DNA of 62,132 nt, the filler included, from Hausera hauseri (lineage: Eukaryota), in assembly GCA_046269625.1 (NCBI GenBank). It is 12 parts of 12 records of this genome, joined end to end, with 100 filler letters (N's around TTAATTAATTAA, not from the genome) between each part and the next. Parts side by side here need not be neighbours in the genome. Positions count along the whole stretch, not along the records: positions 26,303 to 30,533 come from JBJURY010686883.1; positions 30,634 to 37,481 come from JBJURY010059218.1; 10 more parts are not named here. One strand, given 5' to 3'. A program made the translations under genes and the position numbers. Every line of letters begins with the position of its first letter. The first letter of the stretch is position 1. The notes below the pieces were generated by a model. It ran no database searches. It was not told where the DNA came from and saw nothing but the letters and a program-made list of their open reading frames with translations. Below are positions 26,303-36,055 of the stretch, one piece after another.

Positions 26303-29300
26303 TTGAAAAGAAAATATTATTGGTATACTATGACTAAAGATGTCCAGGATTGGTGCAAAAGTTGCCCAGTCTGTGCCACTAGAAAGAACACCGGTTCAAA
26401 AATTAAAGTCCCTCTTAAACCAATAGAATGTCCACCAGCCCCTATGGAATTCTCAGCAATGGACATTTTGGGACCATTGCCTCTAACGATTAACGGAAAT
26501 AAATATATGTTAGTGTTTGTCGATTTATTTTCTAGATGGCCAGTTGTAATACCGATACCAGATCAAAAAGCTCAAACTATTGCTCAAGCTTTTGTTGAAG
26601 AAATCGTTTTTAATTATGGTGCACCAACCAAATTATTAACGGATCAGGCACAAAACTTCACAGGAGAAGTCATGACAGAGATATCGAAAATATTTCAGAT
26701 ATTGCAACTAAAAACTACCCCATATCATCCTCAAACGAATGGAACAGTGGAAAGATTTAACGGCATTTTAACTAACATGTTAGCTACAATGGTAAATGAA
26801 CGACAAGATGACTGGGATGAATACATTAAACCATGTCTGTTTGCAATAAGGAATACAATTCATCCTGCCACGAAAGAAACTCCATTTTACCTAATGTATC
26901 TTCGAGATACACATATGCCTGTTGATATAGATTTCAAAATGCCTGTATCCCATTTAAAGGATATGGAGTATAGAGAATTATTGGAAGAAAAACTCGGATA
27001 TGTATGGAACCTAGCCTCACGACATATAAAAATATGTCAAAAAGAGTATAAAGACAGATATGATGAAAAGGCTAAGTCTCATAGTTTTAAACCGGGAGAC
27101 AAAGTTATGTTGCACACACCGCTAAGTAAGAAAGGTAGAACACCAAAACTAGATAGACCATATAAAGGCCCATTTATGGTCCAAAAAGTGGACGAAACGA
27201 ATATCTATTTGAATAAAAATAAAAGAAACAAAATAGATCCGATAAAAGTTCACGTGAACAGATGTAAGCCAGCTCCAATGGAATCAAAAATTAGAAATGG
27301 AAACCCTAATCTATTAATGACAACTTTTATGATATTATGTTTGGTGACCTGTGTATCGACTCAATCTCTGGATGTCATATATAAAGCTGTACAAGTTGGA
27401 AAATATCCATGCATAAAAATTACAGCCAACCGGAACTTAACAAAAGATGAATATATACACATATTCATATCAAAATATCCTATTTTGGAAAAAGTGACAC
27501 CAGAAAATTGTGACTTGTTCTACAATCATTCAATACACACTTGCTGCGGACTTTCATTCGGAGAGACATATAGAATTCAATACGCGACAGGAAAAAGCGA
27601 CCAAAGTTATAGAACATACTTTTCATATCCCGGCACTACGCATTATTTTCACCGACCATATTTCCTTATTACATTTTACGCTAAGGTCATGAAAGATGGA
27701 CCCTGTGTGACTGCGGAACCTGACGTTATAATTACAGAATATAGAAAGTTCAAGTATATAATATTTGATGGAACTAACAGTATAGACTGTGAACCGAATT
27801 ATCAAGATCCATATAAATGTTGCCCTATCGTTTTTAACAAGCAATATACGATATATTACTGGACCACGTATAACGGCTATACATGGTCAAAAACAGCAGA
27901 TGGTCCAGAGATAACTGTAAGCTCTCCGGTAAAGGTTACCTCTATTTCGACAACCAAAATAATTGCCTCAGTAACAAAACCAAGTACACCAACCATATTA
28001 CAAAAAGTAGTAACTACTCAAACAATAGAATCTAAGAAGGATGTTAAAGAACTGGATATAATTATACAACCAACAAGTCACTCATTAGTTATTACAGTGC
28101 CTGACTTGAAGCATACAAACATAAAATTTGAGTGCCATCTTAACCACAGAGTGATCAGTGAGGGAGTTTTAACCCCTGAAGAACCGACGTCTGCGTGTAT
28201 ATTCCTGAAAGCTGACACAAATTATAAAGTCGTCATAACAGAATTAGATGACGAAGGAGAAATATTACGAACAGTTTCCCGTACAGAAAAGACTCTAAAA
28301 CAGATGATAACTACTCCTAAAATTATACCAATAATGACGACGCCAAAATCAGAACAAACCTTAAATAAATATCTTTGGATAATTGTTATATTATGTATCT
28401 TTTTAATATTATCATTAATATTGTTACCCGTAATAATCTGTTGCGTAAAAATAAAACAGCGACAACGTAGAGTAAAAGAAACACTAGAACAACTAAAAAT
28501 GTTAAGGGAAAATTCCCAAGACTCCTTAATAAAAGTAAACGCGCCTTTTCCAGAAAATCAACGGCAAGTTGAGAAACTTACCAACCAAAGACGGCAAGAC
28601 CGACTGTTAAAAAATAGGCAAGCTGAAGAGCTTGCCGACCCAAATTGGCGAATCCAACCATATAAAGACATAACCCTATGTCTGTGTACGAAAATATGTG
28701 ATAAGGCCGCCGAATCCTTGGCGACCTACATAAGAGATAAACGATCAAGAAAAGAAAATATTATCCTTTTTAAAACTTCTTGGTTAATATTAATGTCTTT
28801 TATTTTAGTCCAAGAAGGTACAGAATTAGTTCAAAGGTCAAATGCCTTTTACAATCACATCATGGCCAATCTCCTGGCTACGACCCATAAAAACTACTGT
28901 TATTACGGCAAAGCGACACTCATCCCAAATAATCTAAAAGGACATTCAGTATGCCAAAGGACAGGCCTCCTCCTTAAACTCCAGGCCAGATCAACGAACC
29001 TTTCAGATATTATAAACATATCCACGAAAACATTTGCCATATATATTTCAGTGGCAAAAGAGAAAATCCAGTTGAAAAGTAAAGCTCCCTCCACCGGAAT
29101 TACAGATGTGATGGATATTACAGAGCGCACAACGATCCGCTTAGATCCTCGCCTATACACAAATGTTGCCATAACCATCAGGACATACGACACGCCGTAC
29201 CCAATTATATATGTGGAGATAATAAAAAAGGAGAATATACCTCGTCCAACTTACCAACTTGAGGAATACTCTACACCAAGACCTAAAGAAACGGAAGTAG

Positions 29301-30289
29301 AAGAAGGTCTACCTTTTTTAAGAAGATCAATTCAATCAAAATCAGAAATCATAATAATGGCAATTAACTCAGTGTACTTAATGACCCCTATTAGAAGTAG
29401 AGAGATGATAATGATCGAAATTACTTTAATGGACCTAGAAGGTAACTCCATAAAAGATGAAATTCTCACCCCTAGAGAAAAGATAGACAATTATGACAGC
29501 CATATTACCGGCTTAAAAGAAGCCGATATCATCGGACGCAGAGATGCATATGAAGAAGAACCCCATTTAAGAAAAGCAATATTTGGGAAGGTGATAGTCG
29601 GTGTCGACATCTACAATATGCTCGCCAACATTCTCCGATACGATTACAATTACCTCCTCGGTATTAGAGACTTACTTTATCATAAAGAAATCAACCCTCA
29701 TCGAGAATATACTGCAAAGCAACTTTTAATGAAGTATAATCAGGGCATATACCCACAAAGAACAAAAGACAAGGCTTTAACGATCTTAAAGATTTATCGC
29801 AGTATTAAAGAATATAAAAAAGAGTGTCATGATGCATCTCCTATGGAAGTCCAAGAACCTGAAGTAACCCAAATAGCGCCTATCCATGTAGCGCCAATTC
29901 AAACGGTACCCTTATGCCCAATTATTCAACAAATATTGCCACAATCAGAAATTGATCAATCATCATCCACTATTCCAACCAAAAATCAAAAAGCAACCTC
30001 AAGCCCAATGACTAAAGACTGTTATATTGACTTAGAACCTTTGACCTTGGCGAGTTCATCAGAATCTATCCTTATTGACTTAACAAAGAAATCAAAGAAA
30101 AAAATCCCCAAATCAGAAACAGTAACCTTGAGAAAAACCATCAAGAAGAAAGGTAGAAGCCTCCAGATTAAATCAGCGAACTACCAAGATGTGAATGGAG
30201 TCGTTGAAGTCTATCCCTTGATGCTGAGGACAGCATCATCTAAGGAGGGAAGTGTTCAGCCAGGTGTTCACCAGTCGGACCTAAAATGA
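26303..30289 (+). CDS. Gypsy-type integrase polyprotein (5'-partial) with a ~990-aa extension: signal peptide, three FN3-like modules, stalk, TM helix, unknown domain, inactive DEDDh exonuclease fold
   Basis: One open frame of 1328 codons. CxxC half of the HHCC finger, D54/D114/E150 D,D(35)E triad, TPYHPQTNG and the GPY/F motif (RPYKGPF). Hydrophobic segments begin at 27317 and 28374. REXO4-like segment at 29345-29805. Confidence 0.9.
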   Translation: MKRKYYWYTMTKDVQDWCKSCPVCATRKNTGSKIKVPLKPIECPPAPMEFSAMDILGPLPLTINGNKYMLVFVDLFSRWPVVIPIPDQKAQTIAQAFVEEIVFNYGAPTKLLTDQAQNFTGEVMTEISKIFQILQLKTTPYHPQTNGTVERFNGILTNMLATMVNERQDDWDEYIKPCLFAIRNTIHPATKETPFYLMYLRDTHMPVDIDFKMPVSHLKDMEYRELLEEKLGYVWNLASRHIKICQKEYKDRYDEKAKSHSFKPGDKVMLHTPLSKKGRTPKLDRPYKGPFMVQKVDETNIYLNKNKRNKIDPIKVHVNRCKPAPMESKIRNGNPNLLMTTFMILCLVTCVSTQSLDVIYKAVQVGKYPCIKITANRNLTKDEYIHIFISKYPILEKVTPENCDLFYNHSIHTCCGLSFGETYRIQYATGKSDQSYRTYFSYPGTTHYFHRPYFLITFYAKVMKDGPCVTAEPDVIITEYRKFKYIIFDGTNSIDCEPNYQDPYKCCPIVFNKQYTIYYWTTYNGYTWSKTADGPEITVSSPVKVTSISTTKIIASVTKPSTPTILQKVVTTQTIESKKDVKELDIIIQPTSHSLVITVPDLKHTNIKFECHLNHRVISEGVLTPEEPTSACIFLKADTNYKVVITELDDEGEILRTVSRTEKTLKQMITTPKIIPIMTTPKSEQTLNKYLWIIVILCIFLILSLILLPVIICCVKIKQRQRRVKETLEQLKMLRENSQDSLIKVNAPFPENQRQVEKLTNQRRQDRLLKNRQAEELADPNWRIQPYKDITLCLCTKICDKAAESLATYIRDKRSRKENIILFKTSWLILMSFILVQEGTELVQRSNAFYNHIMANLLATTHKNYCYYGKATLIPNNLKGHSVCQRTGLLLKLQARSTNLSDIINISTKTFAIYISVAKEKIQLKSKAPSTGITDVMDITERTTIRLDPRLYTNVAITIRTYDTPYPIIYVEIIKKENIPRPTYQLEEYSTPRPKETEVEEGLPFLRRSIQSKSEIIIMAINSVYLMTPIRSREMIMIEITLMDLEGNSIKDEILTPREKIDNYDSHITGLKEADIIGRRDAYEEEPHLRKAIFGKVIVGVDIYNMLANILRYDYNYLLGIRDLLYHKEINPHREYTAKQLLMKYNQGIYPQRTKDKALTILKIYRSIKEYKKECHDASPMEVQEPEVTQIAPIHVAPIQTVPLCPIIQQILPQSEIDQSSSTIPTKNQKATSSPMTKDCYIDLEPLTLASSSESILIDLTKKSKKKIPKSETVTLRKTIKKKGRSLQIKSANYQDVNGVVEVYPLMLRTASSKEGSVQPGVHQSDLK

Positions 30290-30989
30290 ACTCAAAATAA
30301 ATGAAAATGAACAAAACCCACTTAAAATTTTATTGATCATATGTTGATTGACAGAAAAACAATATTTGACTTAATCTTCATATTGACTTAATTATTTTCA
30401 ATTTTTGTTATTCTATTTTAATTGATTTTAATTTATTCTGTACCACATGTTGTGACTTAAAATAGTATATATAGCTGTGTTTTTATTCATTCTGACCATA
30501 CCTTTTGCTTTGTATCAACTGACCAAATTTTTANNNNNNNNNNNNNNNNNNNNNNNNNNNNNNNNNNNNNNNNNNNNTTAATTAATTAANNNNNNNNNNN
30601 NNNNNNNNNNNNNNNNNNNNNNNNNNNNNNNNNCAAGTTCATGCCCATATGAAGATGCTTAAAATTGCCACCAATATTTACAAGAAAAGGCGTAGGAAAA
30701 TAAGCATTTTGATACATAAAATCTGATTGCTGAAGATATTCATCTCGGAATAAAGGCAAATTGATACTGGCAGAGTCTGTTCCATCAGTCGGTTGCAGGT
30801 TATCACGATTAACATCAGGAAAGTTAAAATAAGCATCGGTGTCGGTCGGAGACACCAATGCAACATCCTTTCTGCGCGTAACCATACGCAATGTGCAGCA
30901 TGACTTCCTGTTCGTTTTTGTCCAAATTTTGTTCCTTTAAAGGTATGCGCTTCATCGTTATTATTAAATGGTAAAATTATCCGAGAATA

Positions 30990-33179
30990 TAAAAATCATG
31001 CAATTGTAAAACAATAGTTTTGTAAAGACCGTCTAACGGCTTGAGTAGTAGCGGATGCAATGTATGAGTTGTTTGGTGATGTGCAGTCAAGTGGTATTTG
31101 GTGTAAGATGGTTGAATTGAAAATGGTGTTGAATAAAGTATTTTCGTCAAATGAGTTAACGTTGGTGGCAGTACCACAATTATCGACATTGAACTTCAAT
31201 CGAATATCAGTATTATTATTTAAAAATTTACGAACTAAGTTATGGTTATGAAAATTCAAATTACTCACTGGATTTTTAAGATTGATCTCCGCGTTCCGGT
31301 CGACTGAGCGGTAGTCGAAATGCTATTTACATTATAAAGAAATGTCGCTAGTGGTGCCGTTCCTCAAACATCTCTGACTGCAGTCAACCAGTAAAATGTA
31401 GTGTGAGAGAAAGTCGGATCCTAGAATTGCCGTCTGAACGTTAGCTACTGTGAACGTCCAGTGGAAGGGTGAAAAAAAATTGGTAAAGCGAAAGACAATT
31501 TAGCCATGCCAGAAATGTGCAGCGGTTGGCCTGAAGCAGTGTATAAAGGCTTGATTTTGAATGGAGAATTTTGTACAGGAAAGGTGTGTGGTAATAAAGA
31601 AATCGCTGCACCTGTATCGATGAGGAAATCAACAGATTGTGTTGTAGGAACAGTAATTGCAGCCTTTAGAGTAAAGACAGCAAAAGAGACGTGTCGGCGT
31701 TCAGAAAGTGAAGTAATGCCTTTGCCAGAGTTTGCCGTGACTTATGGCGGCGAACTTAGTTTTTTTGAAAGGGTGAATTAGGACGACTATTAGAAGGAAA
31801 GGCAGTACGTTCGTCGTTTGTGTTTGATTTGAAAGTGCAGTCTGGAATACATTTACGAGCTTGGTTTATGAACCTTGCATGGTCGATGCAAACAACGGTG
31901 TCCGAGGAAAAACTTTTGTTATAAAATTTTCACCCTAGGCAGCACTTCTGAGCATTAGTGTTAAATCTTCTGTGGTAATAGCAGATCGACGAACGCGCAG
32001 GCGATGGTCAGCGGTTTCTAGACGCAGAACGGGCGCGGTCAGCGGCAAAACCCCCTCGGCGAGACAGAGACAATTCGTTTAATTTATTATTGATATTGTT
32101 GATTGTTGCATGCAATGCAATATTTTCAACACGTAGCTGATTACGCTGTTGTTCTATGGATGTATTATCTTTAGCGGCAACTGCTGCTAAAACAAATGGT
32201 GGAGAATTTACGTGTAGGATATCGTGTGTCCTATCGGCTATTTCGGCCAATTTCTCAAGCGGTGTGGAGTCCTCCACCACGGTAAGTAGGGCCCGGATCT
32301 GGATAAATAACGCATTGAGGAACTAGTGGCGCAGTAGATTTGGGTTGTGTTCTTTAGTGACGCCAAGAGTATGTAGAGTGCTAAAGATGTGCGTAAGAAT
32401 TCTGATGGTCGTTGGGTGCCTATAACGTTGTCGTGGAAGAAACGTTTTATGATCGTGTCCATGGAAGGTTCTGTGATGTTAAGAACTGCGTTGGAGAGTT
32501 GGGAATGAGTCTGGAAGTTCAAAGATTTCGATGATGTTGTGGATGCGTGTTTTGATGTTATTAGACAGTAAGAGAAGGTTATGCGCTATAGTTAGAGTCA
32601 GTAATGTTATTTGCCTGTAGCCATAGTTGATGGAATTGTAACCAAGTTTTGCTGGAGCCTTGGTTGTCAATGAAGAATTCGGTGCAATTAGGGAAAGCAG
32701 CGGAAGAGGTAATGGGTGGGAGGTTGCTGGCAGGAGTAAGAATGGGTTTTTTAAGTAATATGACAGATTTTAGTTTTGTGGTGGTTTTATCCGTGGTGTC
32801 TATGGTTGGCAAAGAGTTCATGCCACCACGGATACGGAAATGTATGTAGAGACACATGTGGTTTAACAAAGATGGCAGGGTTCCGGTGAGGGGTATTATA
32901 AAACCGTTGAGTCAGATAAAAATTGGAAGAGTTGAGTAAGAAATGAAGGTACGAAGGGCTGGAATATGTAAATGTGATGTAGTGAGTGTGTAAATATGTA
33001 TTATTTATGAAAAGGAAAATAGAGGGGTGAAGAAGTAGAGTGCCTGGGGTGTGTTGTGGGGCCGACGCAAAAGGCGCCGCCTGACCGACCGGCGCAGGGT
33101 TGACGGACGGAACCTCTGCCCCGGCGCGGTGGGCCCCAAATTGCAGGGTGGCCGAATCTCCCCTCAAAAGTGCGGCCAT
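30990..33179 (-). mobile_element. Decayed Gypsy element, copy A (CsRn1-like): leader, gag, protease
   Basis: Gag motifs IGTQRPSEFLR and LEKLAEIADR, two C-x2-H-x9-C-x3-C motifs (31835-31987), protease FLIDTGAAISLLP (about 31590-31630) and AILGSDFLSHY. Nucleotide-level similarity to 47590-49163. Confidence 0.85.
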
Positions 33180-33226
33180 CTTCAGCGTCTTTAAATCGAC
33201 CGGACTCAATCATGTATTTGGTGCAG

Positions 33227-33487
33227 TCAATTAATGTATCGATCCGCTGTGTCCACTGATTTAGGCTCGTCCAAACGTTTACTGGCCAAATGGCAATTCC
33301 CAGTATCGTAATAAATACGACCTTTCAGTGTATAGAAGTCAATCAGAGTCGGTGTGTGATATAGCTGGTTTTCAACGAGCTGTAAGGCACCCGAAACTCG
33401 ACCCATTTGACTATATTGTTGTGCCAGCAGATAATTAACAAATATTTCAGTCGTCAACGGTTCGATCTCAGCATCGACATCTTCCAA
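33227..33487 (-). pseudogene. NAA15: NatA auxiliary subunit NAA15/16 fragment
   Basis: HTPTLIDFYTLKGRIY...LDEPKSVDTADRYIN matches the conserved HTPTLIE...LDTADRYIN region; isolated fragment. Confidence 0.75.
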
Positions 33488-34341
33488 TGGCCGATATTCG
33501 TAAATGATACGTTTGTATGTTTCGTAGTGTCCCTAGAATATCGACCTTTTCCATATGTAATGTTAGTGAGTGAGCGAATGAATTTTGTTTTAAATTAATT
33601 TTATACAGCTGGATTTTGAAATAAAGCCATAATGAGGTCATATGGAAAGGTAAAATTATTAAAAGGATGAAATTATTATCGTCAACGATAGAATTACCGA
33701 ATCGTTCGCACCATGACGTGCATCGCCAAATTGCGGTACAAAATAACTGCTGACCATTTGCTTATAACATCCAGCAAACAATCCGGTCTTCGGACAATGC
33801 AGCAGATCGCTAACTCCGGCATTGGTATCGTAAGAGAACCAAACTTTTCCTTTGTTTTCAATCGGTTCCAGTATTTTGAAAATGCTCCAAACCGACGCAG
33901 CCACTTTGACATTGTGAAAAATGATATGGCAAAACGTGCCCTATATACTAAAATAACATTATACGCATCTGGAACCATTAGAGCGTAGTTTCTCAGCAAT
34001 TGCACCGAACTGTTATCCGGCATAACCATTAGTGTTGCATTGTTGAATGTATAAAGATAAGAAAGGAAATCGAGTGTCTTTAAGGACTTTGAAAACGTCG
34101 CAAGTTTTCTGTCGAGGTGCGAATAATTATCGGTTTTTTGATGAGAATGTGCGGATTGACCGGGGGATATTCTTTCCGTTTTGATTATTTATTTCAAGTA
34201 GAATTCCAAATCTCCAATTGACGAATTTAACCGTTATCTTAAAGGCTTTGTCAGTGCCATAACTTAGGAAAATTTCGTCGTACGTGTAACTTGGTAATTT
34301 ACAATCAGCTTCCAATAAATTTTGATTATCAAATAAGCACA

Positions 34342-35380
34342 TCAAACAATTTTCACAAGACATGTTGATTTGACGCTGCCATCAATTCTCTCATAGTACA
34401 TTTTCATATCCTCCAAATAACCCATAACATCATCGTAACGACCTAATTCATAAAGCCGACCAATGCACGCCATGAATTTGTCACCATCTACGGAAATCTC
34501 CTTCACATACTTGTTAAATGTCGGATCATCAAAGAAATTGAACATATCGGAATATAGCAATCCTATCAACACAGCGGAAATCACATTGACCCGATTGTCA
34601 GCAGACAAATCCTTGGTGAAATACAGAAAAGGTATTTTCTTGTCCGTGAAATTCGATAATTTAATGTTCACATCGGCGATGTTCTTTGTCACAGCAATCA
34701 GACTTTTGTACTGTTTCAACTGTACTAAATCCCGTAACAAGCCAATCAGCTGGTCATTCGTCAGTCGATCCGGCACGATCGTATTGACCAATTCCAAACA
34801 TTCACATTTGCGTTTCAGATTCGCCAACATCGAGAATTTTTCGCTTAATCGCAACAAATTGTCGACGAATTTGTCGATATTGGAAGATTCCTTCAGATTT
34901 GGTGCCACAGAAAACAATGTAAGTTCTCGTCGGAGCGTTTCGCCTTCTCGTCCGTTTTCTTGTAACAGTTCGACAAGTGTCGACAGGATTTCTTTGTCGC
35001 TTGTGCGATTGTACGCCAACTTGGCCAATTCAATGGACATTGGCAAACCGTTGACTTGTTTAGCAAACTCGATACAATGAAACCATTTGTCGCGTACTTT
35101 TGAGTCACAATGTTCAGCAGTTACAAACATCGTTAATGCATCTTTGAATTTGGCTTGATTTTCATAGACTTGACCAAGAATTTGATAAGCACCAGGATGT
35201 TGTGGATTTTCAAGCAAAATTATATCGGCTAATTCTTTAGCCTTATCGAAATTGGTAGTCCACAAATAATTCTGTGTCGATCCATAAAAACCTTGTACTT
35301 CATCCTTCTTTTTTCACTTTTTGCAAGTCTTTCTTTGATTTTTACCAATGCCTAACATTTCAAATGTACTACCACTCTGT
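34342..35380 (-). pseudogene. TPR protein fragment resembling TFIIIC subunit GTF3C3/Tfc4
   Basis: A basic patch, then AKELADIILLENPQHPGAYQILGQVYENQAKFKDALTMFVTAEH...KW follows the GTF3C3 N-terminal TPR array. A stop at 35314-35316 cuts off the basic patch. Confidence 0.55.
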
Positions 35381-35394
35381 ACTCCATCAATCGA

Positions 35395-35860
35395 AGGTAG
35401 AGGGGCAGTAAGTAATGAATAATCTGCAAAGATTGCTTTCAATGGGGGCTGGATCCTTGCACTGTCCAATTGATCTTCCCAAGAAAATCTCGAAGAACCA
35501 AACTCAGAAGCTATTGTACCATTGATGCCTGATTGAAATCCCTCTGACTTTAATGTTACAATTATTTTGATAAGTTCATCAGCAGGCTTGAAAACCCGAT
35601 TGGAAGTCCAATTTTGATAGACGTTTCTAAACGAATAGTACAATTTGCCAAATGAATTACTAGTAGCAGCAGCTTTAATATTATCACATACCGAAAAACC
35701 CTTTTCAATTAAACGTAAAACCATGTAAATTATATCCGTGATATTCATTTTTCCATACTTGTTATAAGCCAAATTAAAACCTGACAAGATTCCAGGAATA
35801 GCAACAGAATCAGCGACTCCATATCTGGTAGAAGTAGGATCGCTTTTTACATTTAAATGT
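35395..35860 (-). pseudogene. Gamma-glutamyltranspeptidase large-subunit fragment
   Basis: SVAIPGILSGFNLAYNKYGKMNITDIIYMVLRLIEKGFSV and YSLLTAPLPS match GGT motifs; lacks both termini. Confidence 0.75.
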
Positions 35861-36055
35861 GCAACGCAAGAAAAATTCATTGTTTCTGACACCAATTTAT
35901 TGTTCAATTGGAAATATCTACAGCGAGAGAACAATCTTGCACGACACAAAAACTGCAAAAACTTATGAACCTCCGTATCTTTTCCTTTGTTCTTTCGTTC
36001 ATTTCTTCAATACCTTGTCCGTTTCTTTCAATATTTTGGGAGTTTTTGGATTTGT

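Noticed and set aside
27317-28470. Classical retroviral or errantiviral Env fusogen
   Set aside because: No furin site followed by a fusion peptide or heptad repeat is evident in the ectodomain; the motifs fit FN3-like repeats better.
30586-30891. ORFs containing X (also 45981-46184 and 50216-50500)
   Set aside because: They extend into spacer Ns; their lengths are artefacts.
34463-35080. Long antisense ORFs (also 38778-39404 in an alternate frame, 4867-5256, 7549-7755)
   Set aside because: They are shadows of better-supported coding frames and have no recognisable motifs.
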